From Antedon mediterranea (Eukaryota > Animalia > Echinodermata): a stretch of DNA of 64,000 nucleotides. Positions 1-15,100 of this stretch are shown in pieces. The first letter of the stretch is position 1. Every line of letters begins with the position of its first letter. A model generated the notes under the pieces. It ran no database searches and was not told the origin of the DNA. It worked only from the letters and a program-made list of their open reading frames with translations. The translations under genes and the position numbers were made by a program. The stretch lies in assembly GCF_964355755.1 (NCBI RefSeq), contig NC_092675.1, positions 19,688,912 to 19,752,911 of the forward strand, in the 5' to 3' direction.

Positions 1-137
1 CAGTAATTTGCCTTTGGATATATATCTTAAGACCTATACAATACAAAGTTATACAATCTTATAATTATAAGTCATTTGCTACACATTATGCAATCAAAAA
101 TTGTTTAACGCTGTAATTATTGCAATATTTATTGTAG

Positions 138-3100
138 GGCTGCAAAGGTAGAAACACTGAAACCACCAGCAAACAAGACATTGAAGGCGCTCACAATGCG
201 TAAGGAGATGAAACGAACACAAGAAGCTGCACAAACCATGCAAGAGATATCTGCCTTTGAACAGCGTCTGTCGCACATGCTTCCAACAACTGAACAGGAG
301 GATGATAGGTAAGGTACTATTGAGGAAAGCTAGTGACAAGTTTAGTGGCGTAACATAGAGACCTGAGACCCCTGGTTTAGGAACCCCAAGTGGCCCTCAA
401 TCTTTGGAGGCCTCAGGTGTTTTTAGCCTTTTCAACATATTTTTAATGCCTCATTAGCTCAGGGGCCAATTGGTTTAGCCACTGGACAAGTTTCCCTAAA
501 TCAGCCACAGTTTTGCTAAAAGTTTTCAAATTAATGTCACATTGCAACCTTAGTATAGTTAGTTTGGTTTAAAGTTTGAAATAAAAATTGACTGTGGACA
601 ACCTTATCAAAGCAGTTGTCCTTCATGTTAATTTGCATAATTATACAAGAAACAGAAACTGAGTATGTGTAACATTATTCTGATTTTTTAAAAAAAGAAA
701 TGTGTTTATAAATGATTATATTATTGTTATAACAATTCAACCCAAAATTCTCTTTTAAATAATTGACTCGTCGTTCTACTCATATCTGAGTACTCGTGAC
801 CATTCTGATGAGGTGTCTCCATTTTGCCGATCTTGAGCTTCATTGTAGCAACTGATTATTGGTCGGTTAGCAGCACCACTTATACCATCAATCCATCTGA
901 GTCTCTGTCTTCCTCTTTTTCGTTTCCCTAACATAATCATTTTCTCCATACTATCTCCATCCAGTCTGGCAATATGTCCAAAGTATTTTAAATAATGCCC
1001 TCTGTTAATTGCAATTTGAATTTTCATTTTTCAGAGACAATGATGAAGAAGTAGCAATGTATTTAAAAACAACTGAGACACAAGTCACAAAAGTTGATTA
1101 CACGATGGCATTCACCCAGGTAAACAGTGTTTTACTTTCGAATGGTCTTGACATTTTTATTATTATTTGTCACAATCTATTATTTATACTATACTGAGAT
1201 AGATGCTGGCCCTCATAGCGGTTTTCAAATATGGTTTAAAACCCTCCCAGTGCAATTCGCGTCATTTTGATACCCCTTGTTTATAAATGAGTGCAATAGC
1301 AATAATGTGTTTAATGAACAAATGTAGAAACACTATTTTAATTTTTCAATTATATGATTATTTCTGCCAAGGGTCAGTCTTCAAACGATGAGTACATCAA
1401 CAAGATACGCAACCGTCTTCAAGAAGACTCGGTTGCCAGGAAGGAGCGAGAAAAGCGACGACGTAAGATTCTTGTTGATCAGCTGAAGGCACATGAAGCA
1501 CAAGAAGTAAGAAAAAAACATTTTCCTTTGAGCTCTGCAGGTTCTTGTAACCAATATGACTCTTTTGATTTTAATATTACACAAGAATATGATAATGCTT
1601 CTTACTGATATTTAATATGTATATTCAACTCTATACTCCCTTGGACCAGCCTGAAATTATGATTTCCCAAATGCAATTTCTATAGAATAAAATTTGTTTC
1701 CTTTTGGATATTAAAAGAAATCTTGATTAAGCTGACTGTATTTTTTATGAAGGGGGAAAAAAAGTAAAGCAACTAATTTTGATTATACAACTACTTTGCT
1801 ATGTTCTAATCTTACCTACAGTTTGTCCCATAATAGAAGGCCTACATAAGTTCATAATAAAAATGGCTTATGACCTTTGATTTTAAAAGTCTTTCAAAAT
1901 TCTCTTTGTAGAGTGCTCGACGTGAAGAGATGCTTGTGAATCGTCTGATGCGCCAGTCACAACAAGAGAAGCGCATTGCTGTGCAACTAATGCAGCTTCG
2001 GCATGAGAAGGCCATCATATGCCAGAACCGAATTCTACGAGAGAAGCAGTACGAAGAGCGTCGAATAAAAGACTTTGAAGATGCACTCAACAAAGAAGCC
2101 GTGAGTAGTCATTACATTTATATTCTTCTTTTATTTATGGTGAGTGGCTGCAGAGAATGAGTTAAACAGTTTTTATTACATTTTAGGAACTTGCACGCTT
2201 GGCAAAACTTGAGTACGTTGACAAGACAAAGAAAGACAAGGAACTACATGAGAAAATAATGAAAGAGAGAGCTGAAGCCAAGTATCATAAACATTACAAC
2301 ATCTGTATGCAGATTTTACTTGGTATTGTGGATTTCTCCAGCAACATTGCTGAATACAGGGAGCTCACAGAAAAGTATGTCATATATTTTGTTTATAGTG
2401 TTGTTTTGTTGTTTCTAAATTTTACTTTAAAAAAAGTTTTTTTTATTCTCTACTCTATGTATTTTGATAAATAACAAAAATAATTATATTAAACATTAAA
2501 AAGTGTAAAAATATTCATTAAAATGTATTCATATAATACATAGATTATATAGGTAACATGCGTTTATTAATTATTCTTTCTATTATTATAACTTTCAGAT
2601 TGCTTCCACCTAAGCTTATGAGAGAATGGAAAACCTTGTTTGTTGAGGGTAAACCTTTACATAAACCTGCTAAGGTAAAGCACACATTTTTTACAGAATA
2701 AAAACTCATTGTCTTCTAAAAGTTGTGATATTTGTAGGAAAACACTCTTGGTAACCCCTTTAAACTATTTATTAGTTTATTTATACTGCATGTGATTGAA
2801 TAGGTAACTGAAGGTGATGAGGTTGAGGAGTCATCAGAGGATCAAAAGATAGAAGAAGACCGTCAACTCCTTTTGGATGAGGGAGACTTCATGGAATATA
2901 AGGTATGACTCCATAATATTATTAGAAACATCCTGCTATGATTTTAGCAATAACTTATTTTATAAATTTTTTGAAACATTAGTTAAACATTGTCTTTAAA
3001 TTGTGCCAGTGGTAGATAGATGATTTCAAGTTTTATTAAATTTTTGTTTTATGTTAATCTGGCCTGTATAATCAAATTGTCAAACATATATCTTTGTTAG

Positions 3101-6100
3101 TCCTTATTTCTCATTTAAACACAAAGAGTATGGTTGGTGAATGGCAGCCACCAGAAGATTCTGAAGTTGTCACCCCACAGCCAAATGCAGTTCTTGGACA
3201 TATTCTAGCGAGGCTTTTTAACATTGTTCATCCTCCAACAGTTAGTATTTACATTTCTAAGACATAAAGTTAATTATGATCTGACCACCGAAAGAGAGTT
3301 ATGGAAAAGAATAGAAAATGTAATGTATACATAAGTGGAATAATGTAAAAGATGATGATGGTGGTGGTATGGTAGATTGTACTTAAATAGGGAGGTTTCG
3401 CAACCTTACGAATACGATAATGAAAACGGATACGTCACACATTTGTGAAACTTTTGAGCTGATCCCCATTTCATATTCGTAAAGAGTATTCGTGTTGACG
3501 AATATCACCAGTCATATTCGTAACTACAAAACGAGTATTGTTTTTGATCTATTTTGCACATTTTGCATTTGAATCGGAAATGATTCATGATTATAATATA
3601 ATTATACTTTTATTGAAAGTAATTTACTAAAGTAATTTACTAAAATGCCAGGTAAATTTTGATAAATAGCAATTTTTAAAGTCTTCACTCACTTTGATGT
3701 TACGCTAGACCTAGGCAGCCAAGCACCAAGCAACACGTACCTGCGCTTCCCTCACATTTACCGCAGTCATATTTTGGAAGGCGCCCTCAATATTTCGTTG
3801 CCATGCGAAACAGATTTTTACTGGCTTACGAAAAACGAATACGTGTGCGTGACGTATCCGTTTTCGTTATCGTATTCGGAAGATTGCGAAACCTTCCTAA
3901 TATATCATTAGTAGCTTGATTTGGAAAAACTCACAACCAACTATAACAAAGGCTGTCTGTCTGAAGCTGATCATAGAACTCCAAACCAATATAATTTTGG
4001 TTTGATATACAAGTATAAATTTGTAATTATTCTTACACACTTCAACAAATACTTGTAATTTGTTTTTAGTTAGAAATCTACTATTCATTACACTACAGTA
4101 CATAATTAATATAATCCTATTTTTACTATTTTTTTGTTAGCCACCACCAGAAGTACCTGAGATGCCATCGTTCCCTGTCAAAGCTTGTTTCCTTGGAAAA
4201 AATTTTGCAGGGAAGTCTGTTGCTGCAAAAAGAATGAGTGAAAGTAAGACAACATAAATATTACATCCCCCTTGCGATGATTAAGCTTTAACAACTACAT
4301 CCGGATAGGACGATCTATAAATGTTTTCTGTTTGGTAATTATTTATTTACCTCTAAACACCCAAAAATATATTGATTGATTGTTGTGCCTTTTCCTACCT
4401 TGCTATTAGAGCATGGCCTAGAGGTTTTAGACATTGAACAGCTGGTGATTGAGGCAGTTGATGCTTACAAGGCAGGTGAAATCAATGAAGAGCAAGATAT
4501 AGCAGGAATAGATTCTAAAGCTCTCACAGACAAACTGCCAGACAGTCTTCTTACAGAAGGTAAGACATCAACACTGATTTTAATTTTATGATTTGCACTA
4601 CAATCAATTGAATTTTTCTGTAGATTTTTATTTTCAACATTACCATGTGTCTTATTCTTCTTGAGGCATTCCTTTGAAAAAGAATTAGTACTAAAAATAG
4701 ATCATATTAATTTTGGAAAAACAGTAAATAAAGATGAACTTCATTATTATTGTTTATATTAGTGAACATTTTGCCACCAACACCAAAAACGGGTTCAACT
4801 GCTGAAAATTTAGACAGTAACATCAAAGCTGAAGAGATAAAAGATGAAGGAAAAGAAAAGGGTAATTTAAAAGAACTTTGCTGTAACTTGTGCTCTGTCA
4901 ATTTTGAAACAGTGATTTGATCATTTTGGGTTGGTTCACAACAAAATGATAATATAATTCATTCAGCATCATACATCAATGTTTATTTGTAACTTTATTT
5001 TAAAGTATTTTGTGGTTTTTTTTAGGAGATGAAGAGAAAAAGGATGAAGAGAAAGATGTAGATGGTAAAATATCAACAGAATCTCTTGATAGTCAGAATT
5101 CTAAATCACCATCTGGTAGAAAATCCAAGCTCAATGTACGTTAATACGATTAATGGTATTTTAAAAAATGGCATATTTTGTGGACCAGCTTTAAGAATTA
5201 GCAATTATTATTACCAATGGTAGTTTTGTACTCTGTTTATTATTTTGGTTGCAGTTATTTCTAAATGTTATTTCTTGTTTTTTGTTATTACCAAATATTG
5301 GTTGTTTCCTTTAGTTGACAACTAGAGCCAAACTTGGACAGAAGGCTAATAAGTTTCTTCGTAAAGGACTGCCAGTGAAAGATGAACTGATCGTTGAAAT
5401 TATGGTAGAGGCAATAAAGTAAGTACTTAAATGATTAATACAATTGTTTCTATGCTGAGTATTTCCATGATTTTCTGATTGTGCTCCTTTGTTAATATTG
5501 CCCTTCATCTTTTATGCTCACAATGGTTCTTTGCAAGTTTCTAATGATCTATTTTATCTTCCATATCTATATATTAGCTTAATTTTTTTTCTAATTAGTT
5601 CTATGTTAAATTTACCAGGGTCTTTCACACGTGTTCCAGCATATTAACGGGTGTGAAAGACCCTTAAACCATTTATACCAGCACACAATATAAACTTTTA
5701 CTTGCAAATTGTGTATTCATATTTCAGGAGACTGCCAGAAGCCCAGGGTTGGATAATGGATGGTTTTCCAGCAACAGTTGCTCAAGCTAAGCTGCTGGAG
5801 AAGGCATTGACTGGGTATGATGCTAATGCTAAACCAGTCAAGGCTAAATCAAAGCAAAGTCGTTTAGCACCAGACCCTAACCCACCTAAGGATCCTCCAC
5901 CCCCTATCAGTGGCATTGATATTGTGTTGTATTTTGATGTAGTTGATGAGGTAGCATTAAAAAGAGCAGCTGGAAGGACAAGTAAGCAAATTTTAAAACC
6001 TTTTTATTTCTTTGTGACAAACATAGAAGGCTTATATAAGTATTCAACATTTCAAATATAGCCTTATAAATTGATTGATTTTTTACTTAACTTAAAGCTG

Positions 6101-9100
6101 AGGTACAGGCATAAATTTTAAATATAATATCTGGTAAATTGTACATAAATCAAATATTTGTAACAGAAATCAAGACGAAAAAACATGAATTTCCCCTAAT
6201 ATGGTCAAATAAAAAATTTGGTAAAATTCTGCCAAAAAAACTAAGAAGACTTTTTTTCAGTACTTAGGTAGTTAACATGTAATAACATTTCTGGTGACTC
6301 CCTAGAAGGTGAAAAAAGATAGTGGATATACGGTGGATAATTTTTGCTATAGCATGAAAATAAAATTCTGAAGTTGAATAAAAATACCAGAAATGTAAAA
6401 TTCAAGTTATATTACCTATATTTAGTCATCTGATAACATTTTTTACCACACCATTTATTTTTCATAGCTTTTTAAAATGCCTCTCTATTTTCCAAATTTG
6501 TGTACAAAAGAATAGAGATTTTACTGTGTAATTTGAACTATCCCCCCCCCCCCCACCCCTCTGATAAGAAAGTGCTAATTTTCAAAAAGCTCATGTAACA
6601 CAAATAAAATCCCAAAAATTATGAAACATAGGGGAAACTATAGATCGACAATTATTGGAATGTATGATCAATAGAAATTTTTTGCCCGCACCTGGCCTTT
6701 AAAAGTAATGTATAATATCTTTACATGTACTAATGCATTTGAGTTTATATTTAACAGAGCATAAAGAACATTAGGAAATGCCTATACATTTTACCTATAT
6801 ATACTATCACAATAGATCCCTTCATTTTAGGTACCCTGCTATTCAAAAGATATCCACATTGAGAGGACACTTTGCTGTAAAGCGACAGGAGAATATTTTT
6901 TTTTGTAACACTATGGTCAACCCTATTGAGGAGAACCCTTTGGTGGAAGGAGTTCTTATGTATATCAAATTGATAATGTTAAAAACCTGGGCTAAATCCA
7001 GACCTAAGTGAATTAGCTTTAGTTTTTTTAAATTATTTTTACAAAGTGTCTTCATATTCTTTTCATTTGTTTTTCTTCAAGTTGCATCGCAATCAGAAGA
7101 AGAATATCAACAGGAATTTAAACCACCGCCAGAGGGCAGTGCAACAGGAGTTGGTAAGCAGGAAAAAGTGGTGCCTGTAAAAGATGCAGCTCACGACCAG
7201 GAACAGATTCAGCACAGGTAAAGAGAAAAATACAGTAAAGGTGTAGTGTATCCTATATAAATTAGAAGTATATCATGATGTTAGATTAATGTACTCTGGT
7301 ATTCATAACCTTAAACTAATTTGACAAAAAAAGTGATATGCCATCATGATGACATTTTTTTGTCACATAAAGTTTGATACTGATAGTGTAGACAAAGCTT
7401 AGGTAAAGTATTAACAAATCATAGGTTGTGTCCAACATTATAGTAAAAATGATAAGGTTTCTTCCACACGCTAAATGATGACTATTTGCCTTTTGAAGGT
7501 TTTGTAAAAGTAGAATAATTTCATACTTGGATGAAAATTATTATGTTGTTATTTATGTTGCTTACTCTAACTTCGTTTAACGTAGACTTACTGGATTTCA
7601 AGACAACTGGAAGAAGTTGGACAAGTGGTTTAACAGCTTTGGTCTGCTACAAAAAGTTGATGCTGGTCTTGAAAGAGAAGCAACATTTGATATAGTTGAA
7701 AATATCATGATAGGAACTAAGGAAAAGGTATAGTGTCAGGGTAGTATCATAAAATTAGGATTTTGATGTAGGGGTTCCAGGACCTAAATAAAATGAAGTG
7801 GTTAACTTTTACATTTAATTAAAGTGAGCCTTAGTCCTTTTTACAACACCAGCACCAAAACAATAAGACAATCATGCTTTGTAAAGGCTGGTTTCCTGTC
7901 GACGTAAGAAGTCGAATTTTGTAACGATTCTTGCGTTTCATACGTTTCTTACGTCTCTTACGAAAGTTGAGAAAAAATTGACGTCGTTGACGTTAGTCAA
8001 GATCGTGTCGGGCCGCAGAAAAACATCTGTAGTTATGCTGCTCCCGAAAGTTGAAATTTTAGCTGTGAAACACACGTCGTATGCTTACGTCGATTTTAGT
8101 GTTGTTACGAAAGTTGAAATTTTTTTCTTACGTCGGTCAGATTTATGACGTATTTGAAACAACATCTCTGATTGGTGTTTCTTTTTAGAGCGGGTTTTAT
8201 CATTTTTCGCGCGAAATGTTGAATGATGTTATTGTACCTGTAGCTACTCAGCATCAGTGTCAGTGCAACTCAGCATCAGTGTCAGTGCAGCACACCAACA
8301 TATTATTTATAGTAGATAGGCTAGGCCCTAGTATTAGTAATAATACTTAATTAATACTGTACTAATAGGAATTGATTTGACCAAAATCTAATCAAACTAG
8401 CCTATAAGGAGCCTAGGCTAGTAGGCCTATGTATTATTGTATGAATCAAAATATGAATGAATTATCCTGGCCCTTTAGGCCTAGCCTTAAATAGTTTTCA
8501 AAATTAAAAAAAGGCAAATCATTTTGGGATTCCTATTATTATTAGACCTACTTATGCCCTAGGATAGGCCTTGGCCTATGGGCCCAGGCATACTCTAATC
8601 GAGCATGAGATAGTACTACCGCAGTAAGATACCCATTATTTACAGGCCTATAATAAGAATAAATTTAACAAAACAATATAAATTATACAAAATCAAGCAA
8701 ACAATTTTTTTTTAAAGTTACATAATAATATTATATTGTTTACAAAGGGGCTTTCTATATCTTATCTTGTTGCAAATGTTCATTTTCGTGACGTTTCTAC
8801 CGATGCTGATTGTTTATTGCACGTCCATAAATAAGAGTATTAGATTTTGATATGAGTTGTAAACTCCCTGATTAGAACATTATTAGGCCTATTATTGACA
8901 CTACTGTGCATTTGTAAAGTATGTACAACATCGTAAAGTGGGCTAACATTATAGTAGTAAATACATACAAATGTTATTGTCCGGCTTTATTTCACTATAA
9001 GGACATACACATTACGTCATAACTCTTGTCACTCATTGGTTGCTTGTTACGATTGCGCTTACGTCTCTTGCGAAAGTTGACTTCAAGTCAACTTTCGTAA

Positions 9101-12100
9101 GAGACGTAAGAAACGTGACGCAAGGGCGTTCATTCAAGCGTAAGATAAAAAATCCCGGTTTCCTGTAAAATCGGGAGAAAACGTCGTAACGCAACAATTG
9201 TTAGGTCATCGGTTTCCTGTAAAATCGTTTGTCGTTACCATTTTTCTTACGTTGCGTCGATTTTGTAAATTTTCGATCGTAATCGGTTTCCTGTAAAATC
9301 CGCATTTCTTACGACAAATCGACGTAGTTGCAACAAAAGTGATGTTCTTACGTCGACAGGAAACCAGCCTTAAGTCAATGTGTTAGTGAGTTTTACAAAT
9401 CTATATGATTCCTCTTGGTTTTTTTTTTCAGATTCAAGCTGTCAAGGATGAACTAGAGAAGGCAGTAGAAGATGCCGATAAAACAGCACTTGAACCTGTT
9501 GATCAGTCATCCACATTACCTACATCAACAGATGGCCAGGACTCTGCTGCTGCCCAACCCTCTGAACTGGTAAGCTATTTCATTTTTCTTTCAAGTTAGT
9601 TAGGCCTAAGTTTGTGCCTGCTAAGTAAATTGCTCAACATATCTAAACCTTTTATTTTTCTTGTTGTACAGACAGCTGACATACTTTCTGATGATAAAAA
9701 TTCTGTTGGCTTGGTTTCTCCAAAGGTCGTATCGCGTCCAGGTAAATCCAATATCTGCCTCATTTAAGTTTTTATACATAAATTAAGAGGTTGGTTGACC
9801 TGTAAAGTGACAATAGCTATATACTTATTTCCTTTCCTCTTATGAAAACCGAATCTTATATGTAATGATCAACCTTTTACTTGTGTTAATTTTTTCAAAC
9901 AGTAATTTGTTTTAATTCTATTTAAAGCTTCTGGAAAAAGACCTGGTTCAGGAAAATCTAAAAGAGGGCGCTCTCCAAAGGGCAGCAGAGGAGCTTCAAG
10001 AGGTGCCAGTCCTAAAAGATCTCCGTCATCGAGCAAGTCTGGTAAGTATTCATTATTTTATTTTGAATTGTTCAATTGTATTTTTGCATAATTGTTTTCT
10101 TTTTTTTTTTCATTTTATTTTATTTGTTAATTGGTTGTACTTGGTATTGGTTTTTTTTTTACGTTGTCGTTTTTAAACTTCTTGTTATTTTTTATATCTT
10201 GTTTATTATGTTTTATAATTCTTTTAATATTTTTTATCGGTTTTATTTTCTGTTCTATTGTGTTTTTTTATACTGAATATGTTTTGTTTTCCATTATATT
10301 ATGTTTATTGAATTATTATTTTTGAATTTTGTACAATTGTGGTTCATTATTTTGTTTTATTTGTTTTATCTCTGTCATGTTGTCTTGATTGTTACTTTTC
10401 TTTCTTATTCACAAATGTCTGATGTAAAGGCAAGAAGGGCAAAGCAGGTAGGTTTACTATTATTGTACAGTGTCTACTGATAAGCCCACTGTGGATGGGA
10501 TTATAATCGAGCCATCCTTAAATTTTAATGAAAGCTAAACAGTATGGTTTTTAGAATACAATTTCAATAAAATTTCAGTTATGATTTTAAGCACTTATTT
10601 AAAAAAGAATTTATATATTTAGTATTAATTACTCTTGGACTACATTTTACATGTTTCATCAGTTTTTATGTTTTGAAGATAGACTTTTATACTCCAATGT
10701 GAAGACAACCTTTAGGGGAAAAGATTAAATGCATGCATCAAAGTTTGTTTTCATTTTTTACTAGTTTCGCCAAAACGTGGGAAATCCGGAAGGAAATCTC
10801 CTAAAAGAAAAACTCCAACACCAGAACCTGAACCAGAACCAGAGGTTCCTGTAGTACCTACTGGTCCGCCACCACCACAACCAGGTTCAGAGGATTGGAT
10901 ATGGGTTGATGAACCAATTGAACAAGTAAATTTTTATTTTTCAATTACCTGTAGTATTTTTCAATTATTATTTTTATTGTTATTTCAATTGTAAACAACT
11001 GTTGTTTTTTTTAGGAATTGGCAGGTGCCTTAGTACCCTACTGGGAAAATACAGAGGCCACGTACATATCCTCAAGTATGCATGTCTTCCGATGTGTACG
11101 ACTGGAACGAGAAACCATCTACCGATATTTCTACAAGATACGGCGAACCTTTGAGGAGTATCTACGCCGACCAGACTCAAAACAGGAATTTATTGCAAAC
11201 TGGCAGATTGAGTATAACGAAATAGCAGAGGACGTAAGGGATGATGAGGAGACTAAGTCTGAATTACACCAACGTATCGAGGTACAATGTTTTTATGAAT
11301 TTCCTGAGATCATTTATTTAATGTCTGTACTTATTGTCAATATTCCATACAGGAAAAAGACAAAGGTTCATAGACAAATTGGGAATGTACTTGGCCAAAT
11401 ACCTAAAATGTTTATTTTAGGTTCATGCACCTAAATTCAATATTTATGTATGTTTCTCTGCTATTTTATTAATCATTACTTTAATATAATTATGAAGGAT
11501 TTGCGTGAACGATTGTGGTCAATATCTGACAACCGTAAACTGGACGCCGAACAAGAACGAACCAGTGTGATGGATGAAGGCTGGTTGGAAGATAGGCTAG
11601 GTTTACTGACAAACCATTACCTTACACAAATGCAGGTAATACATTTTTTATATTACTAATAAATTTAAGGTATAAAACTCAAATTATATAAGTCACTTGA
11701 TAATGACCCTGAGCTATTGGTACAATAAAAAGTCACTTTACCTTTTCAATCAATACAGAAAATGTATATTATTCGGAAATTTCATGAATGTTGTTTTACA
11801 CATAATCCTTATGCCTTGACAATTATACATGTTTTAGGCCGAAGTAGATCGATATCAACAGACACTTCACATGTTGAAAGACTACTATCAAGGCATGGAA
11901 GGTAAAACGCCAGAGGAACCAAAAGAAGACTTCATACGTATTCCACTGATTGACCTGCCACCAATGGAAAGGCCTGGATCGGCTAATGCTGAGGGTAGGC
12001 TGAAACAAAATAATTGTGATCAAATTTCTAGATCTAGGAAAGAATAATGATAATGTTGTAATGATTTAAGTCTATCATTTACCTTGATGTTGAGACAACT

Positions 12101-15100
12101 TGTACAGCGTGTGTGTCCAGTCCAACAACTCTAGACAGATCCAAACTACATGGATATGGGTTACAGCATTCCTGTTTTAACTGATTGCTGATATTGACAC
12201 TACTTTCACTACTATATAAATAACTTGAATTTCTTTAAATATTTAACCAATTTTATAGAATCTGTTACTGTATCACCTCAACCAAGCACACCTGGACCAG
12301 GTAAGCTACCATTGTCGGCTAAAGGAAAGAAGAGCAAAGACCCATTAGATGAGGGAAAGATGGATGAAGGTGATCTGCCTGAAGAAAAACCAAAGTAAGA
12401 GAAACAGTTCTACAGGCTGAAACATTTAGCAATAATAATTAAATGTAATAAGTATATCATACAGAGGGTTTCAGGTTTGAATGGTGCAGCATGATCTTGA
12501 CTGTTTAAAAAGAAATTAAATTTAATCTCACTATAATATATCACTGGGCGGTTAAGAGTTTCTTTATAAATAAATAAAGCAAATTGAAAATAGTTATTAC
12601 ATTCTTCTACTTCTGAGCATGAACAATAAAGAAATATTCATCTACCATGTTGTTTACAAGTATCAAGATTTACAAAAAACTACCCGATATATATGTTTCA
12701 ATTTTCATTGATTAATTTTGATGAAATGAATTACAGGAACTGATAATTGATATCAATAACAATTTATTCCAGGATTCCTCTGGTTGCACGTCGACCAACA
12801 TCTTCTGAAGGATTCTTTCCAAACCAGACTTCTGCTGGTGGAAAGATGGATAAAGGGAAGATCAAAGTTGGTGCTAAAAAGGAAAAAGATAAGTCTGTGG
12901 CACCAATGTCTATGGAAGACACACAAGAAAGTCCATTGCCACCAACAGACCCAGATGAAAGGGTATTTAAATGCATTCTTTTTATTAGCAATTCTCAGTG
13001 TTGAGAAGGGTTGAGGCCTGTCAAAGCAAGCAATGATGCTGTGGCCAAAATCACATTACTCTAGAGCAATTTACCAAAGAACCTGTGAGCCTAAAAGTGA
13101 AAATTACATTTGTATTATTTTATTTTATTTATCTTTCTCTAGCTTATTTTTGAAGCACTACAGTTTGGACTCTTCAAAATCAGTGAGATGGTGAGTATAA
13201 GTTTAAGAATTTCTTTACAGTTATTCATCAATTTAAATTGTGACCTTTGTATGTATGTCACTTGAAATTGTACATTTAAATGAAGTGTCTATTGATAATA
13301 ATTGGTTTTGTTGGGGAATCGAGAAATATCAAACCGTGATTGTCAATGGACTTGTTTCTGCTGAGCGGTAATTAAAAGCCAACAAAAGCATGGTTTTTAT
13401 AAAAAAAAAAACAATTTAAAAAACTTAAAATGATTCATCTCCATTCAAATACCGTATTTTAAAATGGTTTTTTGTTACTGAAATTGATTATATCATGTTA
13501 AATTTGTAATTGTTTTCTTGGTTGTGTATACAGTCAACAGGTTTTTCTACAGCCCTTTTGGTAAGTTGCTTCAAATGTCATGGTAGACAAGTGTGTTTTC
13601 AGTGCAGTTTACTATTCCTTTCAACATAAATTCAAAACTCTCTCTCTTTGCGATTCTGTCTGATTAAAAGTTGTGAAGAATAAATCAACAAGCTTACTAT
13701 TGCTTGCTTTTATGCTTTTATTTTTAAAAGAATAAAAAATAGTTGTAATTAATTTATATTAACTGTATCTGTGTTTTAAAACTAACAGATACTAACCATG
13801 AGTGACATATTCTAAAATGATCAGTCAACATCTAGCACTCTACTCAATACAACATGTTATAACATCCAAGCCCTGACATGGATTCATTATTATATTTGAA
13901 ATATCAAACATGAAAAGAAAAACGACAAATATGTATCATCACTATCCTATCTCACCAGCTGTCTCGTTATTGATAATATTCACAATCATCATTGTCATCT
14001 TCAGTATCTATATACACTGTTTTTATTTATTTATATCCTGTATCTGCAGTGTATTTGCTTCAAGTCAAACTCTCATCTCTTCAATCAGCTACTCTCACAA
14101 GCTATTCAATTTGCAGTGAATACTCATGTCATTTATTAATGATACTTAACTGATTTTGTGTTTAATGAAAACAGTACTTTATTCTTCTTGTGTGACTTTG
14201 CTTTCATAACCACTATATATACTGTATAGTGTATACTGTTGTACTGTTTATTAAAATAAAATTACTTCAGATTTTGATACTTAATTTTTAACTGTATTCA
14301 AAGTTTCCTATTTGTAAATCTATAATAAAAAAAAAACCTTTTGTTATTTCAGCAAGTCCAACTTAACAATTTCAGGTTAGGAGACAGACCTTTTCTAAGA
14401 GGGCTAGGTAGTGGCACTAGTCTGGCCATAAAACATATTGTGGTACTATATGAGAAGTATGTTGGGCCCTAGTTGCTAAGCTAGCAAATTTGTTTTTTTA
14501 GACGGCAGCTGAACTTGCAGCCAAGGAAGTTGAAGAAGAACTTGAGAAGCAGAAAGAGCCTGAGAAAAGCAAAGATGCAGGCGGCAAGAAAAAGGTTGAA
14601 AAGAAAAGCAGCAAGAGCAAATCACCGTCAGCTGCTCGAGGCAAGAGTCCAAGAGCAAGATCAAAATCTCCCAAGGGAAAGAAGTCACCAAAGAAGGGCA
14701 AGAAAGTTGCTACGCCAACTCCTCCTCCAACACCACCGCCAAGTGAGTTCATCACAAAGATTTATGTGCAGTGTTATCTTATAATTTCTATTCTATTTAC
14801 TCTGTCTACACTATCAAACTTTATGTGACAAAAAAAGTGTGATGTGCCCAAGTATAGTGGTGATATGACATCATCATGTCCATATATGGTCACATCAAAT
14901 TTTTGTCACATAAAGTTTGATAGTGTAGACAGAGCTTAACTGACAAAAACACAAACATTCTGTGAAATTGAGTAAATTGTATTTTTAGCTGAAGACACAC
15001 CAGAAGAAAAAGCAAAGAAGAAACTGAGAGAAAGGATGAAAGAAGAATATATTTCTGCTATTAACCATGAAGGTATGTTTAGAAGAGACTTGTCAATACA

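Noticed and set aside
10076-10325. Hydrophobic membrane-protein ORFs
   Set aside because: Translation of a T-rich low-complexity intron tract.
12301-12306. Alternative donor CAG|GTAAGC inside a SPEF2 exon
   Set aside because: Its phase (1) does not match the next acceptor (phase 2); the frame continues to the donor at ~12395.
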